From NCBI GenBank assembly GCA_025558095.1, contig JAIVFI010000035.1:62001-126000 (forward strand): DNA of 64,000 nt. The letters run 5' to 3'. Shown here piece after piece: positions 32,286-42,126 of the stretch (its first letter is position 1; each line of letters begins with the position of its first letter). The stretch comes from Hyaloraphidium curvatum SAG 235-1 (lineage: Eukaryota > Fungi > Monoblepharomycota). The translations under genes and the position numbers were made by a program. The notes under the pieces are model-generated. The model ran no database searches, was not told the origin of the DNA, and worked only from the letters and a program-made list of their open reading frames with translations.

Positions 32286-35285
32286 TGTTGGAGTGGCTAT
32301 GGGGCGTGGGGAAGACGTAGCCCCAGTGGTCTGAACCGGGTCAGAACTCAGATGGACGGGATGGGGAGAGGGACAGTTTCACGTTGACCCGTTGTCCATT
32401 CCCTTGCGATGACAAGTCCCTAGATGACCCCTCCGGTCGTACCCAAGTATCCCCACACGCCAATAGACTCCCTATTGAGATAGAATCGAAGCAACAATCC
32501 ATTCCAACACTCCCCCTTGTTGCAAGATTCCCTCCAGTGCATATCAATCCCAACAACGTAGCAATGCATAGGTTCCAACACTCCCCCTCGTTGCAAAGTT
32601 GTCTCCCAGTTATGTTCTCCAGTTGCTATCCAGTTGCAATTATCAAGTCACTTTCAATACTCCCCTCCTGTCAAGAATCCCTGAGAAATCTCCAGTTTCA
32701 CTTTCAAATCTCCACAAATCCCCGAAGTGCTTTGAAATGCTCAAACTTAGCTATCCATTTTTGGTCCTTCAAGTCCAGTCATTTGCATCACAGTGTTATG
32801 CACCTCTTGCTAGTTTCCTGCACACAGACTGGTTCTGCCTCGTTGCACATTGCACAGATTCTTCACGTAAGGTCTGCTGATCTACATCAAAGCTCAACAG
32901 TCCCATTGCATGCGTGGTTTCTCCAGGTCCTTCCACCTGGTCAGTTTCCACCATTCCAGAGTCTTCCTAGAGTATCTGGCTCTTCCATTGGTCACATGCT
33001 CTCCTCCTTTAGAGTCCATCCAGTTGTCCTTCAAGCTTGTTGGCAAAGCACTCTGATGATGTCCTTGCAACACCTCCTCCACGTGTCCCGTGTTGACTGG
33101 ATCAAAAGCACATCTCCCAGAAAGTGATTCACCAACAGCAAGTTTCCCAGAAAGTGAGTCACCCTTCATCACTCCCCCTGAATCGCTTTCTTCTGCTCCT
33201 TCCAGGAATGGGTCATTCCCTGTACAGTGCCCAAGAACATCTGTATCACCAATACCCTTTGTCTCTGGTTCACCACCCTCAGGATCCAGTTTGTTGCAAG
33301 CATCAGATCTCACAGACTCTCCATGCAGCTCCACCTCCTCCTGAATCATGTCTGGTTCGGAGTGATCTTCCATCAAAATGTCCCTGTCAAGTTCGCAAAG
33401 CAGCTGTCCATTTGCATCTTTAGTCTCCTTTCCCAAGTCAGCAACAAAATCTGTTTCAGCATCTCCATTCTGAACCAAATTCAAATCCCCCTGGTTATCC
33501 GGCATGTTCAAATCGTCTTGCATGAGTGTCTGCTGCATCCCTCCATATGATGCGTCCAGAATCTCAGCTCTGCTGAAAGTACTTCCACTTCCAGAGTCAG
33601 ACCCTCCACTGGTCAGGTCACATGCCTCATGTCCTTCGAAATCAGAGCCTCTAGCTCCCTCTGCAAGGTATGGATCGTCCTCCACGATCTCTGCGTTCAT
33701 CTGATACGAGCCGTTGTGCAAACTCAGTGTTCCCATGAGTCCACCCTCTGGGGAAAGAATATTGCCACCCTCTGGGCCCAACAGCACCAGGAATCCCATC
33801 TTCACCACGCTCTCAATCGATGGCAATGCTCCACATCGATCTCCAATGTTTGCATCCTCCATCAAAGTGATGATCTTCCCTGTCAAGAACCTCAGTTGTG
33901 TCTTCTGAATACCGCCCGCCATCGCCGATCCCTTCGTGGTCCCAAAGTCACGTAGGCCACAAACATCCTCTCCAAAAAGTGGTTCCTCGACCTCCAACAC
34001 GTTCCTAGACGCGTTATTTTCCTCCATGGTCCTGTCCCCGAGAGCATTCACGTGTGCTGCCTTCCTGGAACCCTCCAGCACTTCGCGCCCGCGCTCCTCC
34101 CCGTGGAACGCGTTCTCCTTCCAATCCTTGACTCCCAGTGCCACTACCATATCCACGAGGTTCTCCTTGATCAGATTATCGTCCAAGGTAAGCTCCATCT
34201 GCTTCTCCTCACGCGCATTGGTCTCCGCGATCCTCTTACAGAGTGTCTCCCAGTGTCCAGGTTCCCCGCACCGAAGACACGCGTTTCCGCGGTGTAAGCA
34301 ATTCCTGGCGTAATGCCCAACCTCTCCACACATATAGCAAGCGTTTCTCGACGCGTTTCTCGTGCTTCCACGTGATTGATCACCACCTCGCTCGACACCG
34401 CGTCGTTTCTGACCTCTGACACGTTTTCCATCGCCATCTCGGCCTCCCTTGGATGCTCCTCCATCTGATCTTCGAGTTTCCACGGTCGATTGTGCTCCCT
34501 GGCACTCCTCATTGGCGCTCCGTCCCGCTGTGCCTTCAGACGTGTTCCAGAGTTCGTTCTCCCTCGCGAATTTCCTCTCCAGACCGTCCCAGATCTCCCT
34601 GGCAGTGTCCACAGAGAAGAATACACGTTGCAGTGCCCTTGGTAGAGTCTCCAGGATCAATCCCTGGGCCACTTGGTCGTGTCCAATCCATTCGTCCATG
34701 TCCTTGGTCGTGGCCCCTGCCACACCCACAGTTGGCTTTGCCATTGCTCCTGTCACGTAGGGCAACAGTCCTTCTATCTGGAGCTTCTTTTCCATCGCAA
34801 GCTTCCAGTCTCGGAGGTTCCTTCCGTCCTCCCTGAGAATGGTCCCCTGTACCACTCTCCATGTTCTGCCTCCCATCGTGAACTCAATTCCACGATCCCG
34901 CAAGCTCCTCATCTTGAGCACGCTCTCTTTCAGCGTTCTCCAACCTGTCCAGGCAGTTCCAGAACCAGCGTTGGTAGATTGCGGCTCCCCCGGCTATGTG
35001 CGCCACCCGGCAACTTCACAGCCGCATCTTTCGTCTTTCACAACCCTTTGGGCTCATAACCTGTTGGAGTGGCTATGGGGCGTGGGGAAGACGTAGCCCC
35101 AGTGGTCTGAACCGGGTCAGAACTCAGATGGACGGGATGGGGAGAGGGACAGTTTCACGTTGACCCGTTGTCCATTCCCTTGCGATGACAAGTCCCTAGA
35201 TGACCCCTCCGGTCGTACCCAAGTATCCCCACACGCCAATAGACTCCCTATTGAGATAGAATCGAAGCAACAATCCATTCCAACA
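32286..35285 (-). mobile_element. Non-autonomous copia-derived element (3000 bp) sharing LTRs with the 14.5-20.0 kb copia
   Basis: Identical 224-bp LTR pair (32286-32509, 35062-35285) with 4 substitutions relative to the first copia. TSD ATCAC and PBS GGTTATGAGCCC. Confidence 0.95.
32894..34921 (-). CDS. Divergent Gag with 2 CCHC knuckles, degenerate protease-like region and acidic tail; no IN/RT/RH
   Basis: DQVAQGLI..TAREIWDGLERKF, CYMCGEVGHYARNC and CLRCGEPGHWETLC. No DSG motif. EWWK matches the linker of the first copia. Confidence 0.8.
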   Translation of the reverse strand: MLKMRSLRDRGIEFTMGGRTWRVVQGTILREDGRNLRDWKLAMEKKLQIEGLLPYVTGAMAKPTVGVAGATTKDMDEWIGHDQVAQGLILETLPRALQRVFFSVDTAREIWDGLERKFARENELWNTSEGTAGRSANEECQGAQSTVETRRSDGGASKGGRDGDGKRVRGQKRRGVERGGDQSRGSTRNASRNACYMCGEVGHYARNCLHRGNACLRCGEPGHWETLCKRIAETNAREEKQMELTLDDNLIKENLVDMVVALGVKDWKENAFHGEERGREVLEGSRKAAHVNALGDRTMEENNASRNVLEVEEPLFGEDVCGLRDFGTTKGSAMAGGIQKTQLRFLTGKIITLMEDANIGDRCGALPSIESVVKMGFLVLLGPEGGNILSPEGGLMGTLSLHNGSYQMNAEIVEDDPYLAEGARGSDFEGHEACDLTSGGSDSGSGSTFSRAEILDASYGGMQQTLMQDDLNMPDNQGDLNLVQNGDAETDFVADLGKETKDANGQLLCELDRDILMEDHSEPDMIQEEVELHGESVRSDACNKLDPEGGEPETKGIGDTDVLGHCTGNDPFLEGAEESDSGGVMKGDSLSGKLAVGESLSGRCAFDPVNTGHVEEVLQGHHQSALPTSLKDNWMDSKGGEHVTNGRARYSRKTLEWWKLTRWKDLEKPRMQWDC

Positions 35286-35747
35286 ATCACTGCTAAGCCT
35301 TCCATTGCCACAGATTGGTGGTATCGTGGTGAATTTATGCGAGCATACGGTTGTTGAGCGACACCCATTGGGTGGCAGCGCGACCCCAACAAACAGTGCG
35401 ACTTCCAGCAAGTGAATGCGCGCCCCCCTCCCAGCAGAGCCCGCAATAGGCTGCGGCGAGCTTCCGCAAGCCACCAGCGGCACCACCGGGCCGGGCCGGA
35501 CGCGCCGGTGGGCGGGGCGAGCGCGGCAGCGGGCTCCCGCGTGGCAACCGCCGACCGAACGGTCCCAATTCGCGCTCGCCGCCAACACCCAGACGCAGCA
35601 ACCAACCAAAGCGGCGCAATTCGGAATTGGTTTGAAGGTTGCGCGGACGGGCAGGACGTGGTTCCGTTGACGATTCCCGCGTGGAGCGGCAGCACTCTCC
35701 AAGGACCATAAGGCCCCGCGGCCAATTCGGCATCTTTCCGAATGGAA

Positions 35748-38700
35748 TCACTCCTCGACATAGAAAGCGTACCGCAACGACCCGCCCCCGTCCCTTGTCG
35801 CCCTGCACGTGGGGTCCATCTCCTCCCACACCCCGGGTCTGCCTTTGCGATCGATCCATTGAAAGATCCTCGCCCCGCTCCCGTCCCGACACCACACGTC
35901 GCCTTCATTTTCCAACCACCACGTCCGCCAGTTCTTGCCACCGTAGATTGCACCAACAAAGCGGTACTGCTTGATTGTCTTGTCTATCGTTGGGATCTTG
36001 GACACCTGAGGTAGGTCACACTCCAGGCCACTCTCAAAGGCAAACGTGATCAGCGGCGGGGAGCCTGCCGAGTTCTTGGCCCGCTGCCCTCTGCAACCCT
36101 CCCTGCACGGTGGCCGCCTCCGTCGACCTGCCTTGTCGAGCAGACTGAAGAGCGCAACGGTAAACGGAGATGGCAGCCAGTCCTCGCCGAACTGCGCCTG
36201 TGCCCCAGCCAAACCGCTATGTGTGCACTCCAGCACGCCACCCTTCACTTGCAGCTCCGCGGGTGTCGAACAACCGCACCCGTAGACCATCTTCCACACG
36301 CTCCCGGGAGCGCCAAAGAGATGCTGAATCACCCGTCCGAGCGCCTCCTCGCCTTCGACTTTGTCGCTGACGGTGCGCACGTACTGATGTACCAACAGAT
36401 CCCGGATGTAGCTCAGCTCATGCCGCGGCAGCGGGCGCCAATGACGGGCAAAGTCCTCCAGTTCCGCAAACGTCGTCTTGTCGTGCAGCATGCTCTTGAC
36501 AAGCCTCGGAAGCCCCGGATAGCACGCACGGAAGAGCGCAGGGAAGAGCGCGGCCAGCGTATCAGCCCACCGCCACCGCGACACCTCCAAAGACCGCCCG
36601 CTGGCGACGTAGACGAGGAGGTTTGCCTTGACCGGCGATACCGTGCCGTCCCACCCGCCGAGCGTGACCGGTGTGCGCACCAGGCCGTCGCCGACCGCGG
36701 TTTCGCCGGTGTGCAGCGGCCGAGCAGGCTTCCTGTACTTGCGCCCCACGTGCAGCGGCTCCGGCGAGACGCGCTGCTCCCTGCGGTTGTCGACCTTGCG
36801 CAGCGGTTTATCCCGATCGCCGGGGAGCCCTTCGTCGCTCCCAAGCCGGCGGCGCCACGCCAACTCCGGGTCCTCGTCCTCGCTCTCGGCGATCGGCGCC
36901 AGCGGCTCCTCGGAAGGCGACCGTGCGCGCAGCAACCGACGGGACGGGGGAGGCGGTGGTGGAGAGGGTGATCGTGGCGCGCGTTCAGCCAAGATTGACT
37001 CCTGGGCCGCCAATGCACGTCTTGACTTCTTGCGACGCGGCACCACAGCGGGGCGCTCCGCGGGAGGCACAGGAGGGGGCGACGGCGGGTGGTAGTCGTC
37101 AAAGACGGGACCTTGAGGCTGGTTTGGGGCGTCGAAGGCGTCGGCGGAAGCCTCACGCTCGTCGTGCACGGGCGGGTCGTCCAGAAAGTCCTGCTCCGGC
37201 CTTTCGCGGAAGGTGTGCGCGGGCTCCTCGTCCTGCGCGTCGCCGACCCAGTCGTCGTCGTCGCCTTTGTCCTGTCCGGAGTCCTGGTCCATGTCACCCG
37301 CCTCCTCCACCTCCGATCGGTCGCCGGCCCGGCCCGCATCCGAAGCGTCGCCTGCTCCTTCCGCGTCAGAAGTGTGGTCCGCCTGCTCCGCCTCCGATCC
37401 GTCGTCCGCATCTTCGGCATCGATCTCGCCCAAGTCGTCGGCGTTGGCAGCAAAAGGATCCGCAAAAGAAGCCCTTTCCGCGCGGGCTGCGGTGTCCACC
37501 GCGCCCTCCAGCGCAACGAAGGGCCCCATCTTGGAATGCTGCAAGGCTGCGTGGTAGTGTTTGCAATCGATCGACGTATTGCCGCCGCAACAGCCCGGGG
37601 CCGAGCACGGCAGCTCGCCCGGAGACAGGGTGCCCACCGGCCCAAGGATGACGACCGCCTGGTCACCGTTGCTCCGCCTCACGTGGAACACCCGATGTGG
37701 GGTGACTTCGACGACGTGCCCCGCCTCCCAGAGCGCCAAGCCCTCTGCCATGGCCTTCTTCACATCGCGGTTGAGCGGCCGCTTCCCCGCACGATCGCGC
37801 GCTTCGCAGTAGTCCCAAACGCGCATGAGCTTCACGATCGCGGTGATAAAGTGGAACGATCCGCGCAAGATCACGCGATCCAGCACCCTCCACGCTGCTT
37901 CTGTGGGGTTGTTGGTGAAGATCATCTTGATGTCGATGTCCTCGGGGAGCAAGTAGCGGGCGGTCAGCGGCTTCCAGAGATCGCAAAGCCAGTTCCTCCG
38001 AAGGTAAAAGCAGATGCTTCTCACAATGTCCGCACGATGGCCGCCGGCCTGTGTGTGCTTTTGCACGATCTGCGGAACGGTCAATTCCAGCAGTTCCTTG
38101 ACCCGGGTGTCCCAATCCTCATCGTCGACGGCCCTGCGGCACAGATCGACGAAAGCCCTGCCCACGGCCTTGCGGATCTTGTTTGGGATCTTGGTCTCCG
38201 TCGGCCGGGCTTCTTGCGCCCCCTCCTCCTCCTCGTCTCCCTCCCCGTGATCGACCTTTTCGTGCCGGCGGAACGCCTGTAGAATGTGAAATGTGCATAG
38301 TCGGCACAGAATGTCGTCGCCAAAGATGGCCTTCAGGGCATTCAGCTCCGCGCGCGACTTGTCCAGCACCCAGCACCGCGGACTCCACCCTTCTGCCGCG
38401 CGCTCGACGTCCGCACGGGCGCTGCGCAGCGCCACAGGCCATTCGCGACGTGGCTTGTACAGGAGATCGCGGGCAAAGCGCCGCACCCGCTTCCGGAACC
38501 AGTCCAAGAACGCCTCCAGTACGGGTTGGCGGATGTTGGTTGACACCAGCAGGGTGAGTGGCCGCCCCTGCCCCGTGTTTGGATCAATTGCAACCAACCC
38601 CGTGACGGGCATCCGATCCGAGGTTTTGCGCCGGAAGGAGGTATCGATGCCCACGTAGAGCCAGTAGAGGACAGCATAGACAAAGCCGGTTTCGCTGGTG

Positions 38701-39796
38701 AACGCGCAGGCAAACTGCTTCAGCCGCCCCTCTTCGGCGTCAAAGTTGATGAGGCACACAGTGTCGGGATGGTCGCTCGCCAGCTTCAGCAGTAGTGCAT
38801 GGGTCGGGGCACCGACCGCATTGCGCCGCGCGCGGGCGGCGATGGCCTTGAGCGTCTCCAGCTTGATGCCGCCGCGATCGTTGATCTCCTTGGCGTATTC
38901 GGCGAGGAACGACGCCGGGGTCGTGCCGCTGCGGAGGAAGTAGGCATAGGCGTCTCGCCGCAGGATGGCCGAAGACCGCCCTCGCTCATCTTGTGGCGGA
39001 GGCGGATGGTAGCCGCGCACAAAGATGTGGGCGCGGTGAATGTCGTTCGCATAGATTACTATCCTGGAGAAAGGGTCAGAGGCCGACGATGATCGCTGCA
39101 CCAAACACCTCACCTCATTTCGAACGGGCATGCGTCTCCGGTCGGCGGACACGAAGGCAGACCGCAGCAGCGAAAAGAGAAGCCAGCGACGCGGTATCCC
39201 TTCTCTATCGCCGCGGCGATGGCCGCGGGCGCTGCGTCCGGGTTCGCGTCGACGGCGAGCTCCACTTCCCGGGGGTCCCGCCTCCGCGGATCCTCCCCGA
39301 GGTAGCGTACGATGAACGGAGGAGTGCCGGCTTTGGACTTTTTGGCGCCGCTGCACTGCTGGAAGCGGTAGCCGAGGTCGTCCAACCACTCCGGCAATTC
39401 CGAAAGCCGAACAGGCGCCCCTTCATCGTCGCCCCATTCAACAAAGTCCGGTCCTTCAGTCGGCTTCGGCGGTCCGCCACCGCTCCTGCGAGGGGCGCGC
39501 ACGGCTGGAGAGGAGGCGGGCGTCCGGTTCCGGGATTCGAAGGCCTTCTGCGCGGCCAATCGCGCGGCGGAAGTTCTCCCGGCAAAGGAGGCCGGACTTT
39601 CACTCGAAAACGACACCAGCGCCGCGGGTGCAGGCGTGCTTTCGCGGTCGCTGTCGTTTACTTCGGCAGCAGCGGGGGCGAATAGCCGGGCCCGCTTCTT
39701 GCGCGGTCCACGCACAGACGCCGCCGCGCCTGTTCCGCCGACACTGCTCTCGGCATCGCCATCGGCGATTTCAGCGGCACGCTTGCGCGGTGGCAT
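35748..39796 (-). CDS. MULE/Mutator-type DDE transposase with SWIM finger; intron 39064-39113
   Basis: IGIDTSF (D), WVLDKS (D), LCTFH (CxxH), TNNPTEAAW (E) and C..C...CKH SWIM. Splicing joins MPPRKR...FEMR|IVIYAND. Confidence 0.8.
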
Positions 39797-40270
39797 CGGC
39801 ACTTGCGGCCGAGATTCGTTGGTTTGGAAAAGCTGCCCCGGACTCAGCAAGCCGTGCCACCCGAGCCAGGGCAAGTGCGCCCCCCTCCCTCTCCCAATCA
39901 AATCACGCGGCCGTATAAACGCAAACGGAGGAGCGTGAACAGCAGCAACCGCCCAACTTCGTTGAACCTCTGCATTCGCATCACGAAACAGAGATCTCCG
40001 CTAATCTTGCGAATCGGCGCCACCTGCGGCTGCAATTGCCAATGCCGCTCACCGCCGCTCTCCCGCGGCCGCCGACGCCTCTGCCGCTGATGCCGCCTTG
40101 CTGCCAGTGCGCCCGGGCGCTGACCGACGCATCTGAAGTTGCGGATGTCTCCGGGCCCCGATCGACGCCTCTGCATCGAATGCCAGCGCTCCTCTGCGAT
40201 CCGGACACTGCCGGACGTCGTGAATCGTACGCAGGATGGGGGTGCGGAGCGTCACGTCCGCTTGATTGGT

Positions 40271-40585
40271 CTAGTTCAGACGATCGTAGAAGTACCAGCG
40301 TGCGAATGTCACCGCTAGACCTTGGTGAACTCCAATGAGGTAAATGAAAGCGGGATGGAGGGGAAGGAGTGGAGCAACAAGCACCAAGATGAAGGATATC
40401 CCGAGCAGGGACCATCCAATGAAGGTGTTTGGCCCCAGGTGCCCGTGTTTGCTTGTATCGCTGAAAGGCAACGCAAAGAAGAACATCAGGAACACAATGG
40501 GTGCTGCGACAATGAAGCTCACGATTGCCAGTACTACGTACACCGGGATGTTGACCCGCGTCAGGGCCACAGCTGTGGCCGACAT
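40271..40585 (-). CDS. Small multi-TM hypothetical protein
   Basis: 104 aa with 2-3 hydrophobic helices; CAAATG start context. Confidence 0.5.
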   Translation of the reverse strand: MSATAVALTRVNIPVYVVLAIVSFIVAAPIVFLMFFFALPFSDTSKHGHLGPNTFIGWSLLGISFILVLVAPLLPLHPAFIYLIGVHQGLAVTFARWYFYDRLN

Positions 40586-40721
40586 TTGATGCAGCCATCT
40601 GCAAACTTCTCCGCCTCCCTGGACTACCACCCGGATTCTCAATCGACGTCTCCGGGCACATTGACGCTTCACCGTCGGGTGCCCGCTGCTCCGACACGTT
40701 GATAGACCATCCGGGCGCCTT

Positions 40722-42035
40722 CTACCGTGGCCATATTCCGATAGCAGCATTCACCGCTTCCATTGCCACATGTACTTCGTTTTCCATGCCGCGCCACTGT
40801 CGATAGTGGGGGGGACCGCCTGCCATCTGGTGCAAAATGTGGCTTATCTCACCAAGCAAGAAGAATGCTCTCCACCGTCGCATGTCTTCCGGATCCACTG
40901 GCTCCCTCCAGTCGGAATGGAGAATGTGTCCGATCTCCCCGCGAAGGCTTTCAGCAAGGCCCTCCAGACCTTCAAAGAGGTCGGGTCCGGCGTCGCGGAA
41001 GCGCAGTTCCTCACACAAAACCCGCGCAACAGAGGGATGCATTGATGGCCTTAGCTCTGTGTCAAGACGACCAGGCACCAGTTTCCGGAGATCAACACGC
41101 CGATGCCCTAGGAGATCGATAAACGGAGCCCAGTCAAACTTTTGCAGCTTTGTTCCGTCGTCGATGTAGGCCTTTGCGACGGAAAGCCAATCCCCGTCGT
41201 TCAACTGGAGCCCCGATACGGGCACCGAAGCAAGCCCGCTTTTGAGGACTGCATGACGCACCGTCCAGCGAACGACTGCACATTGCGCGATCTCTTCCTT
41301 GAAGAACCCCAAGAGACTGCTGAGCTGGTGGTGCGACGCATTTCCCACGTCAAAGCACCTGAGGGATGGTGGAGCCACCAGAGACAGCACATCGTCCAAA
41401 GACAGCCGTTCATCGTCTTCCAAGGGATCCTCCCAAAGACGAACTTGGCAGCGCACCTCCGTGCCCGTCAATGGGTATCTTTCGAGGAAGGCCATCGATA
41501 GACGCGCCCCGGATCTGCAAGCGACGGACGCTTTTTCAAACAAGTCAGGGTCACCGGTGGAGTAGAGAAGCAACAGGTCGTGGGTGCAGACGAGACTCGT
41601 CCTTCCGGGCACTCTGTCGTCCAGCATTCCGAACCACTCGGGGACGCGCTCACGGCGAGCGCTGCACAAGGCATCTTCACGGACGCCGCTCATGATGATG
41701 TCGACGAGAAGGTTGTGAGCGAGTTCCCGGCGCACAGCGGGGAACGCAAGAACCGCAAATGCCAGGTCCCTGTTCTGAGCCTGTCGCGGCCAGTCGCCGT
41801 CGTCAATGAGTCGGGTCAACATGCGTGGTGGAGACATGAGCCAAAACAGACGAATCCCGGCGCCGGTGGGGCCGTGCCGCGCGACGAACGCCGACGCCCG
41901 TGCTCGGGTGTCGAACACGGTTCGGAGGGCCCGGCACGAGATGGACAGGGAGAAGAGGTCCCTCTCCGGGAGGTACGCCGCGATGGCGACGAACACTTCA
42001 CTGGCAAGCGACTCCATTGGGGAGCTCGCCGCCAT
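40722..42035 (-). CDS. F-box protein, paralog 1
   Basis: SLASEVFVAIAAYLPERDLFSLSISCRALR F-box. Aligns along its length with 42127-43449. Confidence 0.75.
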   Translation of the reverse strand: MAASSPMESLASEVFVAIAAYLPERDLFSLSISCRALRTVFDTRARASAFVARHGPTGAGIRLFWLMSPPRMLTRLIDDGDWPRQAQNRDLAFAVLAFPAVRRELAHNLLVDIIMSGVREDALCSARRERVPEWFGMLDDRVPGRTSLVCTHDLLLLYSTGDPDLFEKASVACRSGARLSMAFLERYPLTGTEVRCQVRLWEDPLEDDERLSLDDVLSLVAPPSLRCFDVGNASHHQLSSLLGFFKEEIAQCAVVRWTVRHAVLKSGLASVPVSGLQLNDGDWLSVAKAYIDDGTKLQKFDWAPFIDLLGHRRVDLRKLVPGRLDTELRPSMHPSVARVLCEELRFRDAGPDLFEGLEGLAESLRGEIGHILHSDWREPVDPEDMRRWRAFFLLGEISHILHQMAGGPPHYRQWRGMENEVHVAMEAVNAAIGIWPR

Positions 42036-42126
42036 CGGTTCGATGAACATCAGAATTGCAGGTGTTGTTGGGGGGACATCCGCAACTCCAGCCTCACGGT
42101 TCAACCTCCGACGGCACTCAGCAAAT

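Larger units (their letters stand above)
14128..35357 (+). pseudogene. Helitron Rep gene split into five pieces: ~14128-14472, 20053-20283, 25949-27124, 30442-32285, 35291-35357
   Basis: CGSC..LCGDC..ALANG (DUF6570-like region), AFPWIFPYGRG, motif I PAFFGTVNP, HUH motif ETQGRGSLHMH and CRFRLP. Y2 motif EYL|TKYMTK spans intron 31715-31773; later DWWYRG. Frames rejoin when inserts and one TSD copy are removed. No Pif1 helicase in window. Confidence 0.88.
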
